A DNA stretch of 64,000 bases from an uncultured Candidatus Saccharibacteria bacterium. GTDB lineage: Bacteria > Patescibacteriota > Minisyncoccia > Phycocordibacterales > CAIRYW01. Position 1 is the first letter of the stretch. Every line of letters starts with the position of its first letter. The notes under the pieces are model-generated. The model worked only from the letters and a program-made list of their open reading frames with translations. It was not told the origin of the DNA and did not search any database. Below, piece by piece: positions 18,014 to 28,476 of the stretch. Location of the stretch: the NCBI GenBank assembly GCA_964406475.1, contig CAYORS010000001.1, positions 35,881-99,880 on the forward strand. Direction: 5' to 3'. The position numbers and the translations under genes were made by a program.

Positions 18014-18862
18014 TTATTGTAAATCCTTGTAAATATCAATATTGATTATTGCATCATTACTCCTACCCGCATCATTTTCAACATGAACCACTGTCGACAC
18101 AAGCATTTGACGATCAGTTGTTGATGAAATAACCTGACCATTACTTTGTTTAAAATTTTGTACAATATTGTTGATAATTTTTTCATGGAGTTCAGAAGGA
18201 ATATTCTCTAGGTTCTGTCTCAAACTATCCATCACTGTTTTGCCTAAATCAGTATTAATAGGGAGTGTGATTTCTGTTCCTGATGCAGTAGAAGAAATAC
18301 TTGCATACTTACCCAACGGTTCAATAGACAGAAAAACAGTGTTTGAAGCAGAAAATCCACTTCCTTTTATAGTCAAAATACCCCCATCCTTAAGTATTAC
18401 TGGGGAAATACTTCTAATAAAAGGAGTCGGCTCATTTGTTATTGTGTTATTTTTTTTATTAAAAAAATCCAAGATGGGATTGCTTTGTGCCGGAGCAGGA
18501 GACGCCGCTTGATTGTCTCGTGCTTTAATGAGGCTATTTATTTTGGCTCGCGTGAGAGATCCTACAAACCCAGAAGGAGAGGTGAGTTTAGCGGGAGTAA
18601 GAATGTCTGCAGCATATTTTGATTGGAATTTCATAACTGCGCTTTTGGTTTTTTGACCAAAAAAGTTTGTCTCAGAACCAGAAGAGCCGTTACCGGATTC
18701 GCTTACACGCGTATCAGGAAAACTATTAAGAAATTTTTGCAAAATAATTACTTCAGAATCTTGCGAACCGAGTTTTAAATCTTTGGTAAGAAGTGTCGAA
18801 GCATACGCATTAGATGCAAAAAACAAAACAAAAACAAAAAAAAGATATTTTTTAGTTGTCAT
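18014..18862 (-). CDS. Secreted protein with a putative peptidoglycan-binding (PG_binding_1-like) domain
   Basis: Signal peptide MTTKKYLFFVFVLFFASNAYAS. VIILQKFLNSF...FFGQKTKSAVMKFQ...GFVGSLTRAKI resembles the PG-binding repeat pattern. Confidence 0.5.
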   Translation of the reverse strand: MTTKKYLFFVFVLFFASNAYASTLLTKDLKLGSQDSEVIILQKFLNSFPDTRVSESGNGSSGSETNFFGQKTKSAVMKFQSKYAADILTPAKLTSPSGFVGSLTRAKINSLIKARDNQAASPAPAQSNPILDFFNKKNNTITNEPTPFIRSISPVILKDGGILTIKGSGFSASNTVFLSIEPLGKYASISSTASGTEITLPINTDLGKTVMDSLRQNLENIPSELHEKIINNIVQNFKQSNGQVISSTTDRQMLVSTVVHVENDAGRSNDAIINIDIYKDLQ

Positions 18863-18962
18863 AATTTTATTGTGTAAAATGATTATATATATTATATAGT
18901 ACCATAAAAAATATACACAGATTTTTATATTATTTTTTTATACTTAATGTATAATAAGAATA

Positions 18963-19910
18963 ATGAGTAAGCATACTCCAACAAGAAAAATTGGCTTTCT
19001 TGCTATTTGTGCATTTCTTGTCGTGGGGGCTATTATTGTTCAAAAATATAATTTTTTTAAACAAATCATACCCGCATCTCCAACTATCGTACTTAACCCT
19101 ATTGATGTTGTTGAAGAACCACAAAATGTCAACGTGTCGGGAATGGATACAGACGGAGATGGTCTACCTGATTGGCAAGAAATCATAAGTGGTACGGACA
19201 TCAAAAACGCAGATACTGATGGTGATGGGACTCCAGACGGCAAAGAAATTGAACTTGGAAGAGATCCTCTTGTCAAAGGGCCTAATGACCAGAACAATAC
19301 CAAAGCAACCACCACAGATGAAAAGGCAAAAACAATATCCCAAAGTGTCGCTCGAAACCTCTTTGCAAATGCGGTTTATCTCAGTAACACCGGATCAGTC
19401 AATGAGGAGAACAAAGCAGCACTTGTCGACAATTTGGTATCAGGCATACAAAACTCATTTACATATAATCAATATGATGCCCAAAAACTCCTTCTTATCA
19501 CAAACGAAAACGAAGAAACCTACAAATTCTATTCTTCTTCTTTTGCAACACTTCAAATAAGTATGCTTCTTCGAATGCAAAAAGAAGTAAACAAGCCAGA
19601 TTTTACCATTGGCAATTTGAGTCCTATCTACAAAAATCAGGCAGAAACCCTTTTTGCACTCAGAGTCCCAAAAGAACTTTTTGATATTCATCTGCAAATA
19701 GTGAATAATTACAGTAAGGCTGCAGCTGTATTTGAAGCAATCAGCAAAGAAAAAGAAGATCCTTTAAAACTTCCTTTTGCAATTAAGGTATACCAAGATA
19801 TTATGCTTGAGCAACCGTTTCTTATACGAAAGGTTGCACAATTCGTCAAAGATAATGGTATAATTTTTACAAGTAACGAAGTGGGAGGATATTGGAATGC
19901 TTTTGAATAA
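18963..19910 (+). CDS. Membrane-anchored hypothetical with two DTDGDG Ca-binding-like repeats; first gene of the T4SS-like cluster
   Basis: N-terminal TM. DTDGDGLPDWQE and DTDGDGTPDGKE motifs are thrombospondin type 3-like. Confidence 0.5.
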   Translation: MSKHTPTRKIGFLAICAFLVVGAIIVQKYNFFKQIIPASPTIVLNPIDVVEEPQNVNVSGMDTDGDGLPDWQEIISGTDIKNADTDGDGTPDGKEIELGRDPLVKGPNDQNNTKATTTDEKAKTISQSVARNLFANAVYLSNTGSVNEENKAALVDNLVSGIQNSFTYNQYDAQKLLLITNENEETYKFYSSSFATLQISMLLRMQKEVNKPDFTIGNLSPIYKNQAETLFALRVPKELFDIHLQIVNNYSKAAAVFEAISKEKEDPLKLPFAIKVYQDIMLEQPFLIRKVAQFVKDNGIIFTSNEVGGYWNAFE

Positions 19911-19912
19911 CA

Positions 19913-21103
19913 ATGTTATATAAAATGACAAAAAAAATAGCTGGTTTTTTTGCTCTCGCAATGATTTTTTTTGTTGTGATGACACCTATAGCATATGCAG
20001 CAAGCGATTCGAAGAGTAATAATGGAGAAGGTACTTCAGCAGAAAAATCAGTCCAATCAGCAGGAACTTGTTCGATAGGAGCAATACTTGGACGACTTAT
20101 CTCAAGTACAGTAGGTAAAGCAATGCAACAGCTCACATCATACCTGTCTTCTTTTATTACAAGTTTTTTCAAAGACAAAACAACCCAACAAACAAAAGAA
20201 TCTACCGCAACATATACAAAAGTCCCCATTATTGCAACAGAAACAAACGTTGAACTCACAAAACAAAAAAACGAACTTCGACAACTCACAGCCAAAGAGA
20301 CAGGTCAAGCAGGCGCAGATACAGACTCTCTTTTGAGTGGTTTTTTGAGCGGATTGAGCAATATTTCTCTCGACTCTATAATGTTTTGTGTTATCAACGA
20401 AATAATGACATATATCACCAACTCAACGATAGAGTGGATCAATAGCGGATTCAACGGTAGCCCTGTCTTTGTGGAGAACCCTCGTGCATATTTTGAAAAC
20501 ATAGCCAACAAAGAAACATCCAACTTCGTCCGTGAATTGCAAGGTGCACAATCACAAGTAACAAACGGAATTCGCAATGCTGCAACAAGTATTGCAGCAC
20601 CGCTCCGAGACCAAACAATCCAAACCGTTATCAACTCTTCAAATCTTTCTTTTGCAGATATTATAAAACCGACAATGAGTCAAGAGCTTACTCAAAACTA
20701 CCAATCTTTTGTGAATGGCGATCAGTGGCTTGGTATGGGATATCTCTCACAACTTTCAGAAGATCAGAACAACTATTATGGTGTGCAGACACTTACTCTT
20801 CAAGAAAACGCTCGTCGTATTGCAGTAGAACAACAAAACCAACAGCTCCAGCTTCAATACAATAATGGCTACAAATCTTTCACAGAGTGTCCCGAAGGTC
20901 ACAGTAGAGCAGATGGTTCTTGTGATCCTGCATATTCAAAGGCCACAGTCACAGGAAGCGAGATTAAAGACGAGCTTCAGTCTCGAGGTATGATGAAATA
21001 TATGCGAACAGCATTTGCGAATGACTTTGACTCTATCATTACAACCCTCATCAACCAACTCGTCAAAATCGCAGTGAACGAAGTCTTCCAATCATCGAAC
21101 TAA
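19913..21103 (+). CDS. Secreted hypothetical protein (signal peptide, S/T/Q-rich)
   Basis: MTKKIAGFFALAMIFFVVMTPIAYAASD signal sequence. Confidence 0.5.
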   Translation: MLYKMTKKIAGFFALAMIFFVVMTPIAYAASDSKSNNGEGTSAEKSVQSAGTCSIGAILGRLISSTVGKAMQQLTSYLSSFITSFFKDKTTQQTKESTATYTKVPIIATETNVELTKQKNELRQLTAKETGQAGADTDSLLSGFLSGLSNISLDSIMFCVINEIMTYITNSTIEWINSGFNGSPVFVENPRAYFENIANKETSNFVRELQGAQSQVTNGIRNAATSIAAPLRDQTIQTVINSSNLSFADIIKPTMSQELTQNYQSFVNGDQWLGMGYLSQLSEDQNNYYGVQTLTLQENARRIAVEQQNQQLQLQYNNGYKSFTECPEGHSRADGSCDPAYSKATVTGSEIKDELQSRGMMKYMRTAFANDFDSIITTLINQLVKIAVNEVFQSSN

Positions 21104-21143
21104 ACACTTTTAAGTTTACAATCTTCGGTGTATAATTTGAAAT

Positions 21144-23855
21144 GTGAAAAAGAGTTTTTTCTCTAGACTCAATAGTTTTTTTGCAAAACAGAAAAAAGAA
21201 ACTTCTTTTCTTTTTGGTTTGACTTTGTTTGTTGTGTTGAGTGTAACCTTGATTTGTCCTAAAGTGACATTTGCAGCTGGTGAGAGTACAAGTAATTTTG
21301 AAATGATCAAATATATTTATACAGCGGTCTCCTCTCTTGCAACAGGAGCTACAAATGTCGTTAGTACAGTTTATGAAAGTTTATTTGGTCCAGTGATTAC
21401 AAGCATTGCTTACGTTATATTGGGAATACTTTCTTACATTGTAGATGCAATTGGTATTATTTTTAACATTGTCATTAGCATCACGGTTATCAATATGAGT
21501 AGTCTCATAAATAAGATTGATATTATAAAAGCCGGATGGCAAGCTATTCGTGATCTTACAAATATTATCTTTATTTTTATGCTGCTTTATCTCGCTATTG
21601 CCACAATCCTTCAGCTTGATGAGCACGGGGTCAAACACGGATTAAGTAGACTTATTATAGGTGCGACACTTATCAACTTCAGTCTCTTTTTTGTCAAAGT
21701 CCCTATTGATGTATCCAATATTCTTGCGATTCAAATTTATAATAAGGTAAATCCCCCAAGTGACTCTACATTTGTAGGAGCCCTTTCAGGAAGAAAAGGC
21801 CTTGGAGATGCCTTTTTTCAAATGTTTAGTCCACAAAAAGTATTTAAAGATCCTCGATTAAGTAATTTATCAAGTAATGCAGGTCCAACAGGTTCACTTA
21901 GTGGAGATGTGTTAAGAACAAATCCACTGACAACATTTGTGATGGGTATTATTATTTTTTTGATTATCATTTTTATTTTCCTTGCTGTTATTATTATTTT
22001 TATAAAAAGGTTTATTGTACTTATGTTGCTTATGATTTTTTCTCCACTTGCCTTTGCAGGTATGGCAGTCCCAAGCCATGACATAGAGCATCAAATCACA
22101 TCAAGGTTTTGGAATACTCTTTTTAAAGAAGCTTTTTATGCACCAGTATTTATGTTCCTTATGTATCTTGCACTCAAAATGGGAACAGCCCTCAATACAA
22201 ATGTAATAAGAGAAGTGGATGCATCTTCAGGTATCGACAGACTCGTAACACTTCCTTTAAGTAATGTGATTGGTTTTTCTGTTGTGATTGGAATGATGGT
22301 TTTTGCTCTTACCGTATCAGAATCAATGGGTGTTGCAGGTGCATCAAATGCAGTCAATGCTTTTGGAATGATGCGTTCTAAGGCTACAGGTTTTATTGCA
22401 AGTAATACCGCAGGACGACTCGCTCACACTTGGGTCAATAAGGGAAACGGTGCAAACTTTACCATGGCAGCAGCTGGACTAAAAAACAGCTCAGGCACTG
22501 CACAAGGCAAGCTTGCAAACTTCCTTTCACGCAGTTCGCTTGGACGTAGTGTAGCCAAACAAGTCGCTGGCACAGCCCAAAACATAGGCAAAAAAGATTT
22601 TGGAGGAGGATTTTCTTATGATCATAAAATACACGAACGAGAAGAGGAATTTAAAGCTGCGCTTGAAGAGGCCCATAATGATCCAAAAATGCTTGCCGAG
22701 CTTATGGGTAAAGCACTTGGTGATGGAAACAAAAGATCTACCAGTCTTAAAGCAGCACATAGAATGTTTCATCATATGTCACTTGAGGAGAAAGCAAACC
22801 TTCAACTCAACCTTGATGAAAAAATAAAAGAAGGAGAAAAAACTGACAAAGATGGAAAACCTGTCAAACCAAAAGCAGAAATTGATGCACTAAAAGCCGC
22901 ACGTGCAAACCTTTTTGGTGGGGGAGAAAAACACGAACACGGACGACTCACCGAAAACGAAAGTGTTGGTATTGTGCGTGAAATCGCTGAAGGAACAGAT
23001 TACCATGCTAAAAAGTTTAGAGCCGCCATTGAAAGTGGCGATGCTTCTAGTGTGGGGCACTTTATCGAGAATGCAACAGAAGGGCAAATGAAAGTAGCCC
23101 TCAGGTCCCTTGGTGATATGGAAAATCTAAAAATGAAACCAGTCACTGCTGATACACCAAAAGAAAAAATAAAAGAATACGAAATCCATAACCAAAAAGT
23201 CCAAAACATAACCAACCAGATCACCAACGGTCTCAGTAAGTTTAGAGGGGAGAGCTTCCACGCAATGGTAGCCAAAGATACTGCACAAAGTGAAACAATC
23301 AAAGAAGTTGCATCGACAGCTGTGTTAAAGGGACAAAAACGCTACCAGGCATTTCAGGCTTTTTCAGGTAGTAATGAAAAAATTAACAAGGCCCTTGCCC
23401 TTGGGAATCCCAACCTCCGCCAGGGTTTTGCTGATGAATTGAGAGATCTTCCTCAAATGCGAGATCATATACAAAAATACGACGAGAGACAAAAGAACAT
23501 CGAAAAGGGTCTCGAAGAAAAACTCAAAACCGCCAGAGGAGATGCTGCCAAAGAAGCGCATTTCAAAGCTGAAGCAGAAAAAGAAAAAATCAAAGCCTTT
23601 GAAGAAGACGTGGTACAAAAATATGATGAGACGATGTCAGAATCTACAACATTTAAGTACGCGAAAAGTCCGAACGGAGAAAGAACCGTCATACAAACAA
23701 AAGAAATGAAAGAAGAGCTTGGAAACCAAGAAAAAATATTTAAAACACTCGAAGAAGAAACAAAAAAACAAAAAGAGGCAGCAGGTGGGGGAAATTGGTC
23801 ACAAAAAAATCCAATATTATTTGACGCATACGGTCAACCAATAAACACAAAATAA
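21144..23855 (+). CDS. VirB6/TrbL/TcpH-like polytopic membrane protein (903 aa; hydrophobic ~400-aa N-half, charged K/E-rich C-half)
   Basis: About 8 predicted TM helices in the first 400 aa, then a hydrophilic coiled-coil-like tail. Architecture and T4SS context only; no direct motif proof. Confidence 0.5.
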   Translation: MKKSFFSRLNSFFAKQKKETSFLFGLTLFVVLSVTLICPKVTFAAGESTSNFEMIKYIYTAVSSLATGATNVVSTVYESLFGPVITSIAYVILGILSYIVDAIGIIFNIVISITVINMSSLINKIDIIKAGWQAIRDLTNIIFIFMLLYLAIATILQLDEHGVKHGLSRLIIGATLINFSLFFVKVPIDVSNILAIQIYNKVNPPSDSTFVGALSGRKGLGDAFFQMFSPQKVFKDPRLSNLSSNAGPTGSLSGDVLRTNPLTTFVMGIIIFLIIIFIFLAVIIIFIKRFIVLMLLMIFSPLAFAGMAVPSHDIEHQITSRFWNTLFKEAFYAPVFMFLMYLALKMGTALNTNVIREVDASSGIDRLVTLPLSNVIGFSVVIGMMVFALTVSESMGVAGASNAVNAFGMMRSKATGFIASNTAGRLAHTWVNKGNGANFTMAAAGLKNSSGTAQGKLANFLSRSSLGRSVAKQVAGTAQNIGKKDFGGGFSYDHKIHEREEEFKAALEEAHNDPKMLAELMGKALGDGNKRSTSLKAAHRMFHHMSLEEKANLQLNLDEKIKEGEKTDKDGKPVKPKAEIDALKAARANLFGGGEKHEHGRLTENESVGIVREIAEGTDYHAKKFRAAIESGDASSVGHFIENATEGQMKVALRSLGDMENLKMKPVTADTPKEKIKEYEIHNQKVQNITNQITNGLSKFRGESFHAMVAKDTAQSETIKEVASTAVLKGQKRYQAFQAFSGSNEKINKALALGNPNLRQGFADELRDLPQMRDHIQKYDERQKNIEKGLEEKLKTARGDAAKEAHFKAEAEKEKIKAFEEDVVQKYDETMSESTTFKYAKSPNGERTVIQTKEMKEELGNQEKIFKTLEEETKKQKEAAGGGNWSQKNPILFDAYGQPINTK

Positions 23856-23856
23856 A

Positions 23857-24711
23857 ATGTCAAAATATAGCAACGAACAATACGTATCAATATTCAACAA
23901 GCTTCCTCCTGATATTAAGGATGTGGTCTTGTCTTATGCAACAGTGGATGCGCTTTGGGCAATAGGTAAGAGACACAACCTCCAAATCGACCAAACAGGC
24001 AAAATGATCGATATTACTTTTGATGTTGTGATGGGTATTGTCGCAACAAAAGATTTTGTCAAAGAACTGACCAACGAGCTCCACATATCTGCACTTGATG
24101 CTTTGGCTATTTCGCGTGATGTAGATGACACAATACTCCAGCCTATCAAACAAACCATGATCAAAACCTTTGGTGATAGCGCCCCTTACAAACCGTCAAG
24201 CAGTCTCGTTCAAGTATATGAAGATGAAGACGATCATCCGTCACTTCAAAAAGAAACAATCTTAAAAGAAATCGAGGAACCAGAAGCTCCAATCATCAAA
24301 AAAGAAATCGTCTACACACAATCCCCAGTACAAGTGGCGCAAGAAAAACCAAAACAACCCGAATCTCCCACATCACAAAAGACAGATCCTCTCCCTAGTG
24401 TCTACAAAGAAGAAATACAAAGCCCACAAAAAGAATCTGCACCCATAAAAGTCCCGAGCTTCCTCGAAAAAATAACCTCTTTAAAACTCTCTCAAAGCAT
24501 TGTGATGCCAAAAGAAGAATCCAGTGTTCAAACTATCATAGAAAAGGCACCTTCTGTTCCCACAAGTATTACCACATACCCTCCCGAAATTAAAGAGACC
24601 GGCAAACCTGAACCACAAAAACAACCACAAGTACAAAAAGACGCTCCAGAAGAACCTTCAAAACAACAAACACCACAATACTCAGTCGATCCGTATCGCG
24701 AACAAATATAA
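23857..24711 (+). CDS. Hypothetical protein with a P/Q/E/K-rich low-complexity C-terminal half (T4SS cluster)
   Basis: Composition read from the translation. Confidence 0.45.
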   Translation: MSKYSNEQYVSIFNKLPPDIKDVVLSYATVDALWAIGKRHNLQIDQTGKMIDITFDVVMGIVATKDFVKELTNELHISALDALAISRDVDDTILQPIKQTMIKTFGDSAPYKPSSSLVQVYEDEDDHPSLQKETILKEIEEPEAPIIKKEIVYTQSPVQVAQEKPKQPESPTSQKTDPLPSVYKEEIQSPQKESAPIKVPSFLEKITSLKLSQSIVMPKEESSVQTIIEKAPSVPTSITTYPPEIKETGKPEPQKQPQVQKDAPEEPSKQQTPQYSVDPYREQI

Positions 24712-24743
24712 AATACACGCCACCACAACCTTGGTGGTGTGTT

Positions 24744-25277
24744 TTGAAAGATGTGTTTGTGATATACTGTGTATGTAGTTTTTTCTATATGCAATATCAA
24801 GTACCACAATTTATTGAAATCGAAGACAAAATTTTTGGACCACTGACATTCAAACAGTTCGTCTATGTGACTGGTGGAGCAGGAATGTGCTTTCTTGCAT
24901 ACAAGTTTATCCCTATGCCTTTTTCTTTTTTCCTCATTATTCCTATTGGAGGGTTTTCTTTTGCACTTGCGTTTTACAAAGTGAACAATCGACCATTTAT
25001 TGATGCTGTAGAATCTGCTGTAAAATTCTTTTTGAGTACAAAGCTTTATCTTTGGGAAAAAAGAGACAAACCAAAAACTCCAGAAGAAATTGCCGAGCTT
25101 CCTAAAGGTGCAATCTATGTTCCAAAACTTTCAGAATCCAAACTCAAAGAGCTTACCTGGAGTCTTGATGTGAACGAAAACATCGATCTTACCAACGAAA
25201 CACACACACCACAAAAACAAAGCATCCTCAAAAACCCAAACCAAATTAAACAAAGTCAACATAATTTTTTAGAATAA
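24744..25277 (+). CDS. Small two-TM protein, VirB3/PrgI-like candidate, upstream of VirB4
   Basis: Two hydrophobic helices (GAGMCFLAYKFIPMPFSFFLIIPIGGFSFALAFY), size and position typical of VirB3-like proteins. Confidence 0.4.
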   Translation: MKDVFVIYCVCSFFYMQYQVPQFIEIEDKIFGPLTFKQFVYVTGGAGMCFLAYKFIPMPFSFFLIIPIGGFSFALAFYKVNNRPFIDAVESAVKFFLSTKLYLWEKRDKPKTPEEIAELPKGAIYVPKLSESKLKELTWSLDVNENIDLTNETHTPQKQSILKNPNQIKQSQHNFLE

Positions 25278-25278
25278 T

Positions 25279-25926
25279 ATGGCTATACCAGGCAAAAGTT
25301 CACAAGATTTTATCCCTATCAAAGAAATACGAGATGGTGTTGTTATTTTAAAAGACGGAAGTCTTCGAGGGGTTGTTTTGACATCTTCGGTCAACTTCGC
25401 ACTCAAAAGTGCAGACGAACAGAACGCAATCATCTATCAATTTCAGAACTTTTTGAACTCTATCAATTTTTCTATTCAGATATTTAGCCAGTCACGACGT
25501 CTTGATATACGCCCTTATATCGCACTCCTCGAAAAGGTTCAAAAAGAACAAGAAATTGAGCTTTTAAGAGTTCAGACCAAAGAATATATTGAGTTTATCA
25601 AGACATTTACATCGAGTGTGAACATTATGAAGAAATCCTTCTTCATTGTAGTGTCTTACACACCAGCACTTCTTCAAAAGGGGACTGCGGGTGGATTCTT
25701 TTCTTTCTTTGGAGGAGGTAAAACTTCATCAAAAGAGAAAAACGATAATTTTGAAGAAAATCGCACACAACTTTTGCAAAGAATGGAGGTTGTAATGTCA
25801 GGTCTTACACGAATGGGGGTAAAAGCGGTTCCTCTTGGAACAGAGGAGCTGGTGGAGCTTTATTATAAATTGTTCAATCCAGGAGATACAGAAAAGCCTA
25901 TCAACATAGACAAAATTGGACAATAA
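25279..25926 (+). CDS. T4SS-associated soluble protein; candidate detached N-terminal domain of VirB4
   Basis: No TM. DFIPIKEIRDGVVILKDGSLRGVVL...resembles VirB4 N-terminal segments. 215 aa plus the downstream 606 aa gives ~820 aa, the canonical VirB4 length. The two ORFs are in different frames, 38 nt apart. Confidence 0.4.
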   Translation: MAIPGKSSQDFIPIKEIRDGVVILKDGSLRGVVLTSSVNFALKSADEQNAIIYQFQNFLNSINFSIQIFSQSRRLDIRPYIALLEKVQKEQEIELLRVQTKEYIEFIKTFTSSVNIMKKSFFIVVSYTPALLQKGTAGGFFSFFGGGKTSSKEKNDNFEENRTQLLQRMEVVMSGLTRMGVKAVPLGTEELVELYYKLFNPGDTEKPINIDKIGQ

Positions 25927-25964
25927 ATTATCGTTTCGAAACAAATTAGATTATAATATTTACA

Positions 25965-27785
25965 ATGGGAATACTTGATTCAATCTTAGGCAGAAGCAAA
26001 AATACCGATACACAAGCGGTAACAGCTATTTTGCCACAAGAAATTTATGAAAGTGGAGTTTTGGAACTCAAAGACGTGATTGCACCAAGTGCTTTGAAGG
26101 TATCTCCTCGAGAACTCAACCTTGGCGACAAGATCGCGCGAACTTTTTTTGTGATTTCTTATCCTCGTTTTCTTACTGAAAGCTGGTTTGCGCAAATCAT
26201 TAACCTTGATCGGATTTTTGATATTTCGATTTTTATTCACCCTATGGATACAGCACAGGTTCTTCGCCAATTCCAAAAAAAGGTTGCTGAAGTACAAAGC
26301 CAAATCGCAAATAGAGAGGAGAGGGGGCTTGTACGTGATCCTGTACTCGACACTGCATATCAGGACCTTGAACAGCTTCGTGACCAACTCCAACAAGCAC
26401 AAGAAAGAATATTCGAAGTCGGACTTTATATTACAATCTACGGTAGTACTATTGAAGAACTCGATAAAGTAGAGTCAGAAGTTAAATCCATCCTTGAAGC
26501 AAAGCTTGTATATGTGAAGCCTGCACTTTTCCAACAAGAACAAGGGTTCCGTAGTGTTTTGCCTATTGGTAATGATGAGCTCGAGGTCCATTCTAAACTC
26601 AACTCAAGTCCTCTGTCGAGTATCTTTCCTTTCATTTCTTTTGACCTTACATCTGACAAAGGGATTCTTTATGGTGTAAACAGACACAACTCTTCACTTG
26701 TACTTTTTGATCGTTTCTCACTCGAAAACTACAATTCCGTCACATTCGCAAAAGCCGGAGCAGGAAAAAGTTTTGCCACAAAACTAGAGATCCTTCGATC
26801 ACTTATGTTTGATACTGATGTGATTGTTATTGACCCTGAAAGAGAATATGAATATCTCGCAGAAGCAACAGGGGGGCGATATTTTAATATTTCTCTTACA
26901 TCAGAACACCACATAAACCCTTTTGATCTTCCAACACCGCGAGAAGACGAATCAGCAGGAGATGTGCTTCGTTCAAACATCATTAACCTCGTAGGACTCT
27001 TTCGTCTTATGCTTGGAGGACTCACTCCAGAAGAAGATGCTATTGTTGATCAAGCAATCACAGAAACATACGCCCTCAAAGACATTACTGCGGATGCGGA
27101 TTTTACCAACGCAGAACCTCCTTTGTTGTCTGACTTTGAGCTTGTGCTGTCTGGTATGACAGGAGCAGAATCTCTTGTTCAAAGACTCGAAAAGTATACA
27201 AAAGGAACGTGGGCAGGATTTATCAACCGACCATCAAACGTTGATATCAATAAAAAATTCGTTACCTTTTCTCTTCGAGATATGGAAGACGAGCTCAAAC
27301 CTGTGGCAATGTATATTGTGATGCACTATATCTGGAATGCTATTCGTGAGAAGCTCAAAAAAAGACTTCTTGTGATTGATGAGGCATGGTGGATGATGAA
27401 ATCAGAAGACACAGCATCATTCCTTCTTGGTCTTGCAAAACGAGGAAGAAAATACTATCTCGGACTTGCAACAATTACTCAGGACGTTGAGGACTTCCTC
27501 AAATCACCTTATGGAACACCGATTATTACCAACTCATCAATCCAGATGCTTCTCAAACAATCTCCATCATCTGTCGATATGCTCCAAAAAACTTTCAACC
27601 TTACTGATGAAGAAAAATATCTTTTGCTCGAATCTGAAGTGGGAGAGGGAATTTTCTTTGCGGGATTAAAACACGTTGCGATAAAAATCATAGCCTCATA
27701 TACCGAAGAACAAATCATCACCTCAAACCCATCTCAGGTTCTTGCCATTCGTGCAGCAAAGAAAGCACAAGAAGAGCAAATATAA
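25965..27785 (+). CDS. virB4: VirB4/TrbE/CagE-family T4SS ATPase
   Basis: Walker A FAKAGAGKSF, Walker B LLVIDEAWWMM, ISYPR...SWFAQII N-terminal pattern of the VirB4 family. Confidence 0.8.
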   Translation: MGILDSILGRSKNTDTQAVTAILPQEIYESGVLELKDVIAPSALKVSPRELNLGDKIARTFFVISYPRFLTESWFAQIINLDRIFDISIFIHPMDTAQVLRQFQKKVAEVQSQIANREERGLVRDPVLDTAYQDLEQLRDQLQQAQERIFEVGLYITIYGSTIEELDKVESEVKSILEAKLVYVKPALFQQEQGFRSVLPIGNDELEVHSKLNSSPLSSIFPFISFDLTSDKGILYGVNRHNSSLVLFDRFSLENYNSVTFAKAGAGKSFATKLEILRSLMFDTDVIVIDPEREYEYLAEATGGRYFNISLTSEHHINPFDLPTPREDESAGDVLRSNIINLVGLFRLMLGGLTPEEDAIVDQAITETYALKDITADADFTNAEPPLLSDFELVLSGMTGAESLVQRLEKYTKGTWAGFINRPSNVDINKKFVTFSLRDMEDELKPVAMYIVMHYIWNAIREKLKKRLLVIDEAWWMMKSEDTASFLLGLAKRGRKYYLGLATITQDVEDFLKSPYGTPIITNSSIQMLLKQSPSSVDMLQKTFNLTDEEKYLLLESEVGEGIFFAGLKHVAIKIIASYTEEQIITSNPSQVLAIRAAKKAQEEQI

Positions 27786-27789
27786 ACAT

Positions 27790-28476
27790 ATGAAAATAAT
27801 AAGTTTTATTCTTGATATTCTTCCTTTTTTAGGAGGAATAAAAATGATGATTGAAGCAGGGTTCAAAAAGGACCTTGTAGGTAACGAACTAAATGGCAAA
27901 CTACGTAAAATCCATTTTTTTATTGGACTTATTACACTTATCTTTGATTGTTTCACGCTCGAAGGAGGTGGTATCACACGAGGTCTTATAAAGCTTTTGG
28001 GAGAAGGATTTTTGAAACGACTCGCCGAGACAGGAGCAGAAAAAGCTGCCGAAAAAACTTTGGCCAAAAAAGTATTGCAAGGTACTGTGCGCACAATTGA
28101 AAAAGCTGAAGAAAGTAGGGTGGGTAAGTATGTGGTAAAAAAAGCCGAAGATAAAATTAGAGACAAGGTAAAAGAAGCTGTCACTGATGTAGAAGATTAT
28201 CGGCGTAATCCCGAAAAAAGAAAAGAGCTCCAAGAAAAATACGGACAAACAGAAAGAGATAAAAAAGAAATCCGCCGAAGAGTTATTGAACTACAAAAAC
28301 ACCACAAAAAAGTAGAAGAAGAAAATAAGGAAGAAGTGAGTAACACAGATCTCGACTATATAAGACAAGCTGTGGAGACAAAAGCAACAAATTCTATTTT
28401 TAATAGACCGCGAATTCTTCAACAAAAAAAATCTGTGCGTGATACAATAATAGAAAGACAAAAAAAGTCAAAGTAA
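27790..28476 (+). CDS. Hypothetical N-terminally anchored K/E-rich coiled-coil protein (T4SS cluster)
   Basis: TM then charged repeats. Start moved to the Met after the virB4 stop. Confidence 0.45.
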   Translation: MKIISFILDILPFLGGIKMMIEAGFKKDLVGNELNGKLRKIHFFIGLITLIFDCFTLEGGGITRGLIKLLGEGFLKRLAETGAEKAAEKTLAKKVLQGTVRTIEKAEESRVGKYVVKKAEDKIRDKVKEAVTDVEDYRRNPEKRKELQEKYGQTERDKKEIRRRVIELQKHHKKVEEENKEEVSNTDLDYIRQAVETKATNSIFNRPRILQQKKSVRDTIIERQKKSK

